Source: Intoshia linei
Taxonomy: Eukaryota; Animalia; Orthonectida
NCBI GenBank assembly: GCA_001642005.1
Contig: LWCA01000077.1
Span: 1 to 59,801, forward strand
Direction of reading: 5' to 3'
Length of the DNA: 59,801 nt
The notes beneath the pieces are model-generated. The model had not been told where the DNA came from. It did no database searches and was given only the letters and a program-made list of their open reading frames with translations. The position numbers and the translations under genes are program-made. Below are positions 12,354 to 26,593 of the stretch, one piece after another; positions within the stretch are counted from its first letter, which is position 1, and every line of letters starts with the position of its first letter.

Positions 12354-12961
12354 TTTATTGTTTACTCGTGTAAATTTAAATCAAGTATTTTAATATCGTT
12401 AGTAAATATAACTTTAATTTTAAATTCAAATTTTGTTGGCGTTGTTACTATCTGATAAAGTATTCTATAACAACATTTTCAAATAAATTGCATTTTTATA
12501 ATTGGAGTCATTAGTACAAAATTTGTACATTCCCACATGTCACTGACCCTTAAATTGGCAAATATTTTCAAAAAATCAAAAAACACTGAATAAATTATAA
12601 GTATACAGTTTATTCATTTTAGAAGTTACCAGACTAGTAAGAGTTAATTAACTTAATTAAATTTTTTATCATTATGCATTTATTTTGTATAATATATCAG
12701 TTACAATAAGAATTATTTCCTGATTCTATGATTTCCTGGTTGAGTTGATAAATTAAAAACGTAAATGTGTATAAAATATAACTTGCAGAACAATACAACA
12801 GTAGATATTATATTAAATAAACTGCAACTGAAATAAAGCAGATGATATCAAATTATTAAAAACAATGAATACTGATTGATGTGACCGAAATATTAAATCA
12901 TAATCAATTTAAATTGAATTTAATCCCAAATGTAAAACGGTAAAGTTTAATATATTTACAA

Positions 12962-14069
12962 TCATCTTCTAGATCGTTTTCTGACATTTTTTTTTTTTTT
13001 AAAATTAGTATTATTTCCCAATTTTGGTTTAAAATTTCCATACTGCTCAAAACTTTCACTATTATTATATTTTTGTCCTTTTTTACGTCCTCCGTAGCCA
13101 TATACTTGATCGCGTTTCGTTCTAGGTACTTTTGGATTGCTAAGGATCAAAAAAATCATAAAATATTGAATATACTTTTAATATTACCTTTTAAAATCTT
13201 TTTCTTCGTTATCTCCTTGCATTTCTAATTTAAAGGTTTAATTTAAGTTTCAATGAAAAATAATATATAAGGTTACTTTTGTGTCGGTATTTTTTAATTT
13301 CGTCCATTTTATCTCCTTTCCGTTTTAATTTTTCAAATTTTTTGTTAGTTTTAAACTGTTAATATATAATACTGTACATTACTATCAAAAAACCTCTTTA
13401 GCAAAAGCTTTGCTCCTCTTTGTTTGAATTTCATTATGTTTAATTTCCAAGGCTTTTTTTTGCTTTATTACATTTTTTTCAATCTAATAAATTAATTTTT
13501 TAATTGTATGTTTTATTTTACTAGGTTCATAGTTTTATCGGTTTTAACCATTTCAGCATAATAGTCATTGGGTCTTTGAATAGAAACTTTTAATTTTCGA
13601 AGTTTTTCAAGAACTATTTTAGAAGCACCAGTGACTTTGGATTGGCTATACAGGAAAATAAAAATAGTTCATTCGGAAAATAAAAATACATTAGTTTTTC
13701 AAATTTTAATTCGTCGACATGTTCAGATTTCATGGATTTATTGTTAAGGTTCAAGATAACATTTTCCGTTTTAAAGTCAAACTCTTCAAGGCTTATGTCC
13801 ATGTTTTCAATCCATTCTTGATTTTTTATTCTTTTTAAAGCATTTTGTAGACCTGTCTAATTTTATCATGTTGGAAACAACCATACTTACTTTGTCGAAA
13901 ATATTTTTAGCTTTTTTTACAATTTCCACGTGAGTTCCAGGTTTCAAGAGATTGTTTTCTATTGCTATTTGAATCTAATCGACAAAATAGTCAATTGGTT
14001 AAATATTATGTTTACTTCTTTGTGAGATTCATCAGAACTGTAATCATCGTCCAATTCTTCTACTTGCAT
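12962..14069 (-). CDS. EBNA1BP2: rRNA-processing protein EBP2 (EBNA1BP2), multi-exon
   Basis: IQIAIENNLLKPG; LEKLRKLKVSIQRPNDYYAEMVKTDKTM; C-term RDQVYGYGGRKKGQKYNNSES with a basic tail. Confidence 0.92.
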
Positions 14070-15054
14070 TTTGAACTATACTGTGTATAAACGTATTTTC
14101 GCTCAAAATTTAAATGCGAACATTTAAGTTATACAGTATTTTTGAGTTGAAAATTTCAACTTGAAATTACAATAATGTAACTTGAAATTAAAGTCTTAAA
14201 TAATGATTTAGTGTAAGCGATCAATAATTAAATGCAATGCGTAAAAAAAATTTCCAAATTTATGTGTAATGAAGGGTAATTTTTCTTTGAAAGAAGTGTA
14301 TTTCACCATGCTTTTTTGTTGTTTGTATTTTGAAATTTTAATGAAAATTGAATATAAATCTTCAAGGCTTTATTATTTGCATCGTAATTTTACGTTTATT
14401 TGTAAAAACTTATCAATAAAACGCTTATCATTTTCGAACATCCCATTACAAAGGTCAGATGAGGTGAATGTATTTGTCAATATATCAAAAGATTAAAAGA
14501 CATTAAGTGGAACTGTCAACTTGATTTGGATGTATAAATTGAAATACAAATTAAAAACTTGTACCATTTCTTTTTTGTATTTATTATTTTTCTACTCGTT
14601 TTATAATTTCAAAAGTGCTCTTTTTAGTTTACTCTATATAATATTTACAAAATAAATATTTTGTTTTAAAAAATAATTAAAGAATCTGGTCACAATGACC
14701 GATAACTAATTCATTTCCAAAAAAAACTAATTTTATTTTATCCTACTAAACCTGGTATGAAAGACAGTTAGAAGGTAGTTGCTTCACGAGATATATTATA
14801 TTTGTACGATATCAGAGAATTAATTTTACTTGAGGATGAAAATGTCAAAAGGGTTACATGATTAAACTATATAACAGAAAGGAATGTTAATTTCTGTTTG
14901 AGTAAATTGAAATTCTTAGAAACAAATAGAAATGTTTAGTATTCAGCTTTTTTGAAATTTTTCACAAAATAATTATATCATGACCGATTCGAAAACTCTG
15001 ATACATGTTTAAAACTTTACATCATATTGAAATTTTTTATATACAACAATATAA

Positions 15055-16217
15055 TTATTTGTTTCGATCCATACTGTGAAATTTTTCATAAATACTGTCT
15101 CGGACGTCATTATCAGAGTAATATAATTCTTCGAGAAACGGTACAAGTAATTTTAGAGAGTAGTCATTTTGATTAGAGTACCAACTGTTGATGGGTATTC
15201 CATTGCTGAGCTAAAAAATGATAAAATTTATAAATAAACTAAAATACATGTAATCCAAAGGATTCGGTAGAATTATCAATAATAACGGTTCTAGCCAAGT
15301 TACGTCCTAGAATATTCAAATCTTTAACGTATCCTCCATTTAAAAGACGACAATGTTTGCGATACAATCTATGTCTGAATATTTTTTTGTGTGGATCTAT
15401 TTTATCTAGTACTGGATCTGCATAAATTCTTTCTGATGCTGTAAAACAAATGAGTTCAAACATTTTGGAAACTTTTTCAAGAAATTCAAACAAGTACGGT
15501 CTGAAAGATGCAAATATATGAAAATTGGTGGATTTGTAATTTATGATCAATTCATAATCCATACTTTGCTTTTGAACGTAATCACAATGAACCATTGTTT
15601 CATCGAGATCCATGACCAAAGTAAATCTATGGGCAGATCTGGTTTTGGGAGGTAATATATTTTCTAGAGGTGGTAATGATTCTGGACTAGGCAAGTTTCC
15701 AATAAAATCAAATCTAAAATTGAATTAATATAAAATTAAAATTGAATAGATAAATTACGCGTCATCGTCATCATCATATTGTAAGTATGGTTGGTGAAAA
15801 TCGTAATTATCGGAAATCATGAAATCTTCCTCTTCGTAAAGTACATTTTCAATGGAAAAAATCCCACATTCTTTCTTAAAGGATCCATCTTTTTCACTGG
15901 ATTCCATACTGATTGTAGAATCACTCATTATATCTTTAGTCTCAGATAAAGAAGACTAAAATTAATATATCATTGAACAAACATTATTTACGTTTTTTGA
16001 ATCTTTTGAATGCTGTGAGGAGTTGATGGGAGATACTTTTGAGGATACAGAAATTTTCTGAGATTTTGTAGAGACACTATTTTTATTAGGTGATTGACTC
16101 TAAAATGTAAGTAAAAATATAAAACGACTAAAAGTTTACTTTTAATTCGATTGGATATACAGGTGATAGAAAAGGACACTTTGGTGTAATCGAGTATCTT
16201 CTAGCTCTGGTTTTCAT
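15055..16217 (-). CDS. CTDSPL2: CTD small phosphatase-like 2 (SCP4, FCP/SCP HAD family)
   Basis: Start MKTRARR; LPPKTRSAHRFTLVMDLDETMVH; FRPYL.EFLE; FTASERIYAD; YVKDLNILGRNL..IIDNS; last exon LSNGIPINSW..LVPFLEEL..DVR. Confidence 0.92.
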
Positions 16218-18436
16218 GTTATATCTAAATAAAATATAACGGTAATGATTTTAAGATAATTATTCCATTGTCATTGGAAAAATTAAATTATAATTATAAC
16301 ACGCCCATTTGATACGACTTTCAAATAAAGATTATTGGTCATGGTATTGTTTTAATTATTTCAGTTTAGCAATAAAACTATACAGCCTGATCATTGTCTT
16401 TGTCACGCATCAGTAGTAACACTTGAAGTGACCGATGCTAAACTTGATAATAAAATGCGGCACGTTTCACCCAAAATGTAATTTTCAAGTGTCACTTGAT
16501 AAACCCGTTGTCAATGTTGGAAGACGCGGTTACGCCTTGATACAATTCAGTTTGTATTTCAAATATCAATTAAAAAATCATTGAACTCATTATCCCATCA
16601 AAATATAAATATGGGACAAAACATAATAACTCAAATCCCAAGTGAATTTGTAGATACTTCAAATAAAACCGAGACGGATTGTCGTTATACGCATTAAATC
16701 GCGAATGGAACGTTGTGTTACGAGTGTTAATCTGTCAAATATAAAACTGGTCATTATTGAAATCTAAATTACCATTTATTGTATTTTTTAAAATGAAATA
16801 TGATAGATGTATAAGTCCGGTTATAATCTTGTAATATTATAATTATAAACGGATAATACTCCCAGTTGGTTAATATTAACTGCGTGAAAAAATCATTATT
16901 GATTTAGGGAGTCATTCTTGTAACAAGAAATTGCGCCAAAAATGTTACTCAGTAATAGAAAAATGTATATTGTAGTCACGACTTGAATTCTCAAGTATAA
17001 CTGCCGGGAATGTCAATCACAATTTATTGATTGTATATTAAGTACATTTCAAGTATATGATAATAATTTTAACAACTTGATTTAATAAAACAAAAGTATC
17101 CGGTCGAATGGTCAAAATAATCATCAATCGAAAATGTTTGATCAAGTAGATTATCCTTCATAATTTTTTCCAACAGAAAAAATTAAATAAAAATTATTCC
17201 TTGAGTCGGATAAGGGACTTTTTACATATGGCGTCATATTACTATATATTACTAATTTATACAAAACTATATTAAAATTATTGGTCGTTGGTATATGAAA
17301 TAATTTTAAATTGGACTACATTTTAGTCAATGTTATTTCAAAATTGTGACATACGACTTATGAACGTAAGACTTCATTGCAATTTTAATGTGATTAATCA
17401 AATTAAATAGTTTTCACTTTTTAATTATTACTGAATTGATTTATTACGTAAATATGAAAGCATTATTCACTTATCAATATTATTCTGCATTTTCATATAA
17501 TTTGACAAGTTTGACAATAGACCCAAACAATCATAAATCTTTTTATCAAACAATATTACCAATAGGTGGACTGATTATTCGGTACTAATAATGACTAATT
17601 GGCTATAGGTTACCAGGATGGAAACTATAATAATTAATATAAATAAATATTCAAGGTCACAAAAAATAAAAATATCGTTAAGTTAGAAATCTCTAACATC
17701 AAGTCATCTCTACTTTTCCGACGATATAATATATTTAATCTAACAAGTATATATAAAGTAATGCATCTTACTCATGATGATATAAATACGGCATATCGCA
17801 TTTCATGGCATATATCAGTTATTCTTAACTGGTGATTGCACCTTAAAGTTCGTTGGATAGTGAGATATTTTAATAATAATTCCCTTCATATAGTAACATT
17901 TACATTAATTAGTGTGACATTCAAGATTTAATATTTAACTCATCTAAATCAGTAATGGTAACCTTTTTAAGTATAACATGGCTGCATAAAATTATTATGT
18001 AGAATGAAAAAATAACTGAAATAAATAAAAATTATTTAAAATTTCTGTACTTTCAAAATCAAAAAAGTTTGAGAACCAACACAATATATACAGAAAGACG
18101 ACAAATCGGTTATACAATAAATTATTTTCATTTGACCATTGAAATAAAAGAAAAAATTTAAATTAAAAAAAAATTGGGTGTTTCGCGAATTTTGTTATAA
18201 TTTTCAATTATAACATCGCTAAAATTGAGTCAAAAATAGAGAATTAAAAAATTATCGTAGCATCTGTGCAGTGGTCCCAAAACATGACCAGGGAAATAAA
18301 GTAACCTCGCACCATTAAGCTTAATCAGAAAAACAATGTATCTAACAGCAGCAATCTATTTTATAAGTAGAAACATTTTCCATTACAACAACAAAAAATT
18401 TTGTTATGAATAGCGTCTACTGTGCATTGTCTAAAT

Positions 18437-18705
18437 CAGAGGTTTCAATTATGCGGCCCGCGTTATAGTATAAATTTTTGTTTTTTATAAAAAAAATTTT
18501 TACACATACCTGTATTTCTTTTTTTACAGTGTTTTTATATATTTTAACATTAATTACACCCTTATTCAATTATCATTGTTTCTTATTTCATTTTTTTAAT
18601 TAATTAATTCAGTTTAATCATGATTTGAGTAAAGTTTTTTTGCGGTCCGCGTAATAATTTTTTTTCACATTTTGCCCGTCAAGCAAATTGAGTCTGACAT
18701 CCCTG
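18437..18705. mobile_element. hAT Charlie-like MITE
   Basis: Ends cagaggtttcaa..gcggcccg / gagtctgacatccctg; TSD gtctaaat/atctaaat (7 of 8 match). A related 3' half lies at ~4907-4995. Confidence 0.75.
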
Positions 18706-19297
18706 ATCTAAATCGAACCTGGTTTATAGTAACGACTTTTGTTTTATCGATGCCCAATTTTTGGATGTTAAATGAGTAATGAAATAATCGGTAAATTTGT
18801 TATAATCACTACACTAATACCAATATCGTCCAATAAAAGTGGGGTTTACTACCAAAAAATTTAATTTGAAATTTTACGGCCATATTTGCACACTACGGAC
18901 TTCTTGCGGTTCGCCATATTCACTTAAACTGAGCCTGATATAGACTATTGGAAAGAAATTAAATTTTAAATTTTTTTTCATTGAACAAAACTAAAGAACT
19001 ACAAATGTACCAACAAATCATATTTCTCATTAATGAACAAAATCCTCATCAAAATTAAGAACCTTAAGCCCATTTTTTAAATTATAGTAGAAAATATTGT
19101 TCATATTATATAGTTTAAACTTTAAAGACACGTTAAAGTCTGATTTATTTTTTTGAAACAAATCTACTTTCACTGGATTAAATATCTAACTAAGAATATT
19201 GGTATTAATGATACCGTATCATTATACAAATTGAGTATATTCTTCAAAAATTGTTAAATATCATAACTATTTTTCATTTTCGAGTGTGAACTAGAGT

Positions 19298-19514
19298 CAC
19301 AGACGTGGAGAGGGGCTAGGGGTTTAATATTTTAAATTATTAATAGGTAATGTTGGAAAATTTCTCAAGTATGTCAAAATTATGATGACCAATTCGATTT
19401 ACAACTATTATTTTCAATTTTTAGGCAATAAACGATCGATTAAACAATGTATAGACGTTGCACTTTTAAAAAAAATTTTTTATAGAGGCCTACTGCTGAC
19501 TCTCCACGGCTATG
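19298..19514. mobile_element. hAT-type MITE
   Basis: TIRs cacagacgtggaga / tctccacggctatg; TSD actagagt/tctagagt (7 of 8 match). Confidence 0.7.
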
Positions 19515-22283
19515 TCTAGAGTTTGGTAAGTTCGTTTTTTCTATATTTTTAAAGAATCTACAAATCTTATATATTACTAGAGTCCTACACGAAAAACTTA
19601 AGAACTATTAGCTCAGGAGTCCTAAATTGATACTGTTTACCAAAAAGTTAAGAACGGCCATCTTATTTTATTTATGATGCCGCTCCATCAAAAAATTTTC
19701 AAACGCCCTGGTTCATAGTGTATGAATTAGTGTTTATTAATTTTAGGATATCCATTATTTATAGACTTTATCAAAAAATGTATAAAAACTTATAAAAATA
19801 TGTGCTTAGTATATTTTACTGATATAAAAAAGATTAAAAAAATAATCGTGGGTTAAACCATACGGTGAAAATGGCTACTCTACATATTTAATTTCAAAAC
19901 TTGGAATCCAAATTGGAATTTGCAACTTGTTTTCCACAACAGCTGCAAAATATTAACATAAAAATGAATTCAATAATATGGCATAATTTAAAAATATTTT
20001 AAATTTTTTAATTATCACACCATCTATATCTATAAAAATGGTAAATAAAACAAAATACATTAGTATGCATTAAACATCATTAATCGTATTTGGATGTTTA
20101 GGTCTGTAATTGTAATGTCAGTTTTAATATATCTGTTTAATTTATTGTTTATTTGATATTTAAAGCTCAATACATCTAAAAATACCAGACAGAATTTATT
20201 AATAAATAATGACTCAACAGTAGACGAAAATAATTATATTTTTTAAAATGTAATGCACCGTGTCTACCAACTTTAAATAATATATAAATTTGAGCCTCAA
20301 GCGTATAGTTCCATGTAACATAATACGTTTCATAAAAATTAAATGTGTTCAATGCATTGGAAAAACCTCAAATGCAATTATAATCAAATGTAAAATGGCA
20401 AATGCATAAGACCATATATTATTCAAATAAACATATGGTATACTCAAACGTTTATTGACCTAAAACGATAAAACTGATCTACTGAATTGCACATCATCCT
20501 CATTAAACTATTTAAATTTTAAATGAATTATATCAAAAATTAAATCATAAAATGTAGAAAATTGAAAATATCGATTTTGCGTATACAAAATACCAAATAT
20601 ACCGATAAAATAACGTTATTAATGTGACACGGAACCGGAAATCCACATAATTATTGTACATTATTTAAGCTCATGTCAGCTAATTACAAGATTATTTACA
20701 TGTTAACATGTAAATTAAAATTTAATTTAATTGTACATAAACACCAAAATTTTACAATAATTTTCGGTAATTTACGTAAATAAACATATATCACCACGAT
20801 AAATTCGCTAAAATTAAGTCTAATTAAGACCCTCAACAGGAAAACAGAATCGTTACATGATCACAATTTTGATAATTCAAATATTGAATAATTATTATAA
20901 TCTTGTAAAAAATAGAAAAAATAATTTCCACTGCAAACTAAATTTAAACATAAATAAAAAATGTACAATGTAATTGCGGTTAATAATGTAAAATGAAAAA
21001 ATAAATGCTTTTTGTACATTTGTAATTTTAAAATTTGAATAAATCATGCTGTGTGATAATTAAATTAACAACACTAACATGTAAACTAAAATCTCGTGAT
21101 AACATAAAAATTCCAATAAAATACAAAAATATATTAAAAATGTATATAATTAATTGATAAAAGTACCTGAAGATAATTAAATTGACATTAGTTGAAGAGT
21201 AATTAAATTTTTCAAAACCAACTGTTTTATTGCAAGTAAATTAACAAATGAAATATAGCCTGTAGCTTCAACATAAATACATGATATAGTTGCGAAATGT
21301 AGCACATACAGCACAAATGCGGAATAGATACAATAGAGTTGATGGATTTCTATGGTGCTATAATAAATACTTATGGTGAGACTAAGATTTAGTTTAGTTT
21401 TCATTGTGAGACGCACGCTGATAAAAATAATCCGTCATTACTTAGACTAGCGTTACAGCTAATCTGATAAATTAAATTTTTACACAAGCATAAATAAATC
21501 AAATGTAACAATCAAATGAATAAATTGAAACACCCAAACACTATCAATAGTGTCAATGATTTCTATTTGAAATGTTACCTGAATGTTTGTGTGTGTCAAA
21601 TTATAATTTGTTGATTTATAAATTTATTTACATTTAAATTTTTGTTAAATTAAAAAATAAAATGTAAATAATATTGGTAAATACGCATTTAATACTTTCT
21701 AAACAACTTTATTTTAACATGGATACAAACAATGGGGTAAAATTACTGTCAACTACTGTTTGATTTTACAAATTAAAATTAAAATTTAGCCGGTACATTG
21801 CTTTTTACATCGGTGACTAACCCACAAACTGGGAAATGTTATTTTATCGTATTACTCCAATTTGTACTCCAAATAAACACATTTCGTACATCAATCATGG
21901 TATCAGATAAGATAGCATCACACAGTATGACTGATAAAATATTTTAATAACTTACGGTATTCTACTTGAATGATTCTTCATCAATGTACTTCCCACAGGG
22001 AATAATTCATCTGATTGAACTAATTATGACTCATTAACGATGTACACACAGATAATGAGTCTTAATCCAGACGTGCCAAATACAATTGTATTTAGTGTCT
22101 TAAGGGTCAATTCACCAATATTTGAACCAAATGTATATTTAAAATTTAATAATTAAAAAAACGAAAAAAATAAACGCAAAATAAATAATTGTAGGTGACG
22201 ATGGTAAATATTTTTGTAAAACATTTAAAAATTCCAGATTTGAAATAAAATAACTTTATTAAATTAGTTTAGTTTTTTGCGAA

Positions 22284-23176
22284 ATGATTTGTAAATTTTT
22301 GATCAATACTTTGTACAGAAATTTTTCCAAAACCATTAACAACATACCGAAACGCCCGATGAGTTTGTTTCCCTAAATATAATTTACATTTAATTATTAG
22401 TGCCGTTCTTTATCTTTAGGAAGGAGCATTTTACTGAGATCAAAAGTGACAATCCAGGTACAATTAATTTTACTTAAATATATTTCAAGCCATGAAAAGT
22501 AAGGATATAATGAAAAAAATTGGTGAAAAATGGAGAACATTAAACGATGAAGAAAGAAACGTAAACCCAAACACCAATTGTGGTTTATAAAATAATTTAA
22601 TTAGGCTTACTTGAAACAATACCATGAATTAAAATTGAACTATACATTCGAATTATCAAAAATGAATCCGGATATATTGCAATTGGAAAAGGAGAAAAAA
22701 ATTGCTAATAACGCTTTAAAAAGTTTAAAGAAAAAAAAGGTAATTTTTATATAAATTTTAATTCAAATTTCATTACAAAATTTTAGAAAAACCTTGAAAA
22801 TCTTGCCATAGAGCTTAATATGCCGAAACGAACCGTTGTAAACTCATTCTCAGTCTTTATTGTAGAGTATAAGAAAAAATACCCAGATACGTAACAATTA
22901 TACATTTCTTTTTTTAATTCTGCATTACTTTTAGTCCTTTAACTTTTAAAGCAGTGTCCGTAGAGTATAACAATTTGTCTAATGATGAAATTGAAGTAAA
23001 ATACAATATATTAAATACATTTTAATAAATTTCTAAATTTTTAGAGATATAAAAAAATTGCTAAAGAAGCTAACGACGCTTATGACCGTGATATTCGTAA
23101 ATGGGTAGCAGAAATGAGATATATTGGAAATACACAAGTATTGAAAATCTTACCAAAACGTTATCTTGATGATTAA
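22284..23176 (+). CDS. TFAM: Mitochondrial transcription factor A (two HMG boxes)
   Basis: Presequence-like MICKFLINTLYRNFS; HMG1 PKRPMMPFFIF..KKIGEKWRTLNDEE; HMG2 LNMPKRTVVNSFSVF; tail YDRDIRKWVAEMRYIG (cf. WEEQMIEVG). 6 exons with ~30-50 nt introns. Confidence 0.88.
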
Positions 23177-23338
23177 TTGTATCTTGTAAAATTAAATAAT
23201 TTACTCATAATTGTGATGAATAGCAGGCATTATTTAGGTAAATTGCGGGTAGCTATAGTTGTGAAATTTATTTTTTATTTGTCGATTTTAAAAATGTTTG
23301 TTTATTGAACATTATTTTTATATTAGAGTTACCGAAAT

Positions 23339-26300
23339 ATGAACGATGAAACTAAAGTGTACATTATGTTTTCAGTATTAATTTAATTTAGATTGAATTG
23401 ATAGACGATCTCATCAAACACACTCCTCCAGGAGGACTAAACTATGTTTTGAATGGTTATAATGCAAAATTTTGATCATTTTAACATTTTTTTAGATTTA
23501 CGTGAAATTGTGAACGATGACCGTATTTTGTTATCTAAAGCCGCTCCACGGTAATACATTTAAAACTATCATTATCTGTAGATCTACTGCCGAATATGAT
23601 CGTGATCAGTGTATTTTTGTGAAAGTGGGCAACAATGAAAAATATGTATGCAAATCACGTAATTTTATTGACTTTTTAGAGTATGATTACAAATGAAGCT
23701 GTATACAATAATAACTATTTTGATCCCAGACTATGCATTTTATTCACGTTTTTGTTTTATCCTTTACCCATTACTTGTATTTTAGGTATGATCACGTCAA
23801 CAAAACCTGTAAAACTGTCCAAGATAATTTTGTCGATAACCAAAATCAACAAACCCTCAGTCTACGAAATGAAATTGATGACGTTGTTGATGAATATGTA
23901 GACTCTCATCACTGTGATGGAAATTGCGTTGTCTATGACCTTTCCGGAAAATCTATTATTTTTAAGATTTATATTATGAGCCAAGAAATATCAGAATCTA
24001 ATTTTAGAAGTGGTAGGTGGAGGTCACAATTTAGCGTGACTCTAGAGTCTCTTACTTCAAAATCTTTTGTAATTAAAGGCGCTGTTAGAGCCCATGTAAG
24101 TTTACAACATATTTATTTAGTTGAATGAACTTAAATGTTTAATGTGTTATGTTAAGGTTATGCCCAAGTAAACACAGTTTTATAGAGGCACCAATTAAAA
24201 ATTTTGAGTTTGGTTTCAGATTAGATAAAATCAAAATAAAATTAGTTTTTCTCGTATTATATAGTATTAGTATATAGTTAGTATGACTCGTCAATTTTTT
24301 CAAACACAAGGTCCATGATAAAATGAGGTTCATTTTCAATAATTTTTCGTGGGAATCGAAAGTTCTCATCTAGTCAAACTATTCTCAACAGGGTTCATGT
24401 GGACCCCTGAGTTCACAGCAGTTTTTTAGAGTCTATGAAATATTTTATATAAGTAAAGAATTCAATTTCTACGTGTGTGTTACCGTATATTTAAAAAATT
24501 AAAACATCCATTAAACTTTTTTGGAATTGCTATTTATGATAATGCTTATGATTTTAAAAACTATCACAGAATTTGTTTTATAAAAATTTTACATTTTTCA
24601 TTTTTAAAAAAAGGATTAATTTAGGGTTTTCAATATGAATATGTAAGTTTTTGAGGCTAATATTTACGCCAATGGTAACGAATTTCAAACGTGTTCCATA
24701 ATATATTCTTTTTTAAATATTAGCACTGATTTTATTTAAAAAAACAACATTGTTTTTTGACCGTGAAGAACTCAATTTCGGAAAACAAAATTTGCAATGA
24801 TGCATCACTCTTGAAAAATTCTATTAGAAAGTGGGTATTTTAAATAAAAGGTAACACGCACACAGTACATTTTATATAAGTAATGGATGTAATGTATATA
24901 TTTTTTTGGATCCACAGGTTTTTTGCTTTTTACTCATCTAGTCAGTAAAATTTTTATTTCAAAAATGTTACGGTTCATTCGAAATTTGTGAGAATAAAGA
25001 TTTAAATTAAATTTTAAACTGAAAACGATTATAAAATTCATTTATAGGTACACGGATATGAAAGTGGTAATTTTCAATTGGTCAGTTGGCATAATAAAGA
25101 AGAAAAAATTAAACTTGGTAAAAAGGATTCCATTACCTCTTGCATTGTTAATTTTATTGACAAATTTGAAAGCGATTATCAAGTGAGTTTTAAAATAATA
25201 CAATTTTCAGCATGTATGTAAATCAATGACACCTTGATTTGATTAAATAAAATTGGTTTACACGGCTTAAGGATGGGGTTCAACCCCAAAAATTTCTCGT
25301 TGACCGTTCAAGATTTTTTATTGAATATACTTAGTATGTACACATTTTTAGTAAAATTTTGTTTAGATTTTTGAGAGCACATGGTCCGTTTTTTTTTGAG
25401 TCGAAGGTTTACTTTTTCCTGTATATAACTCATTTTATGTAGAAAAAATGAAAATTTTTAAAAGTGATCCACTTTCATTACTGGTTCATGGTTTGCTTTT
25501 TCTTCTATAGTAAAGTGGCCCGCTTAATCTGTAGCTAATGTAACATACTTTTTACGATTAATTGATAGAAAAATAAGCATTCATAAAATTATACAAATTA
25601 ATCAAACACATACAGTAATGTATAAGCTCACATGTATAAAGGTGTTATATTGTTAAAAAGGCACACTTGATGTGTTTTTTAAACAAAAAAATTTTTAATA
25701 AAAAAATTGATTCTATGAGTAAACAAGCTTCGTTTGTAATTTAATTTGAGGCTGATTAACAATTTTTTTATTAGAAAATAGCAGAAAACAATTTTCGAAT
25801 ATTATCTCAGATTTAAAAACATTTTTTTTGTTTGCCAGTGGAAACCTGCCACCACTGATATACACTGAGTATGATTAGTATCGAAATTTAGTCGATTTAA
25901 AACCAAATACTAATGTAGGACTCTAAGAGATACATATTATCTAATTTTTAAAATTATACTTACCTTGACGTTTTGAAGAGTTAATTAAAGTGGATTCATT
26001 ATTAAATAAATAAAAACAATTATATGCATGTTATAAAAATTAACCTTTTTGGAAAAATCTTAACATTTTACAATATAGGACTCTAATTGCGTTTTTTGTG
26101 TAATTTTTCTTTAGTTAAAGGGAGGTTTACAACCCTAGTTACACCAAAAAAGTGCGTGAAAAATTAAAATTAAATTAAATAATCGTAATTAAACGTCAAT
26201 AAATTAACCCAAATCGTGTATTATTGTAATGTAGTTTTGTATGTTACATTTTATGTAATACATTATGTATTAATTTCTATTTTATATTAAAAATTAGGAA

Positions 26301-26420
26301 TCTCTCAACAAGGAATTTAATACAATATCTTCTACCACTTTCAAAGCTCTCCGTAGAAAACTTCCAGTAACTAAATCTCTTATAGACTGGCAAAAAATTG
26401 GTGCATATAATATAAATTAG
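23339..26420 (+). CDS. CAPZA: F-actin capping protein subunit alpha
   Basis: KHTPPGGLNYVLNDLREIVNDD; YFDPR; NFRSGRWRS; VHGYESGNFQL; TFKALRRKLPVTKSLIDWQKI. Confidence 0.95.
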
Positions 26421-26593
26421 ATTTAATTAAAATTTTCATACAAAATCGTTAAGTTTTAATATCCTTTTAAAAGTAGTAATTTCTGTCATATCTGTTAAAT
26501 ATCATGTCTGAATATTATAATTCTCAGTATAAAAGACCAGTTAAATAATATACTTTAATAAAAACATTTGGATTTAAATTACAGGTTTAAAAA

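Noticed and set aside
14758-14786. tgaaagaca (miR-71 seed) in a short hairpin
   Set aside because: The hairpin is far too short for a pre-miRNA and the 3' part does not match miR-71.
16518-16560. tggaagac (miR-7 seed)
   Set aside because: No complementary star arm nearby.
17454-17630. Possible two-exon 49-aa ORF (MKALFTY..LPGWKL)
   Set aside because: No recognisable homology and a 27-nt intron; compatible with chance.
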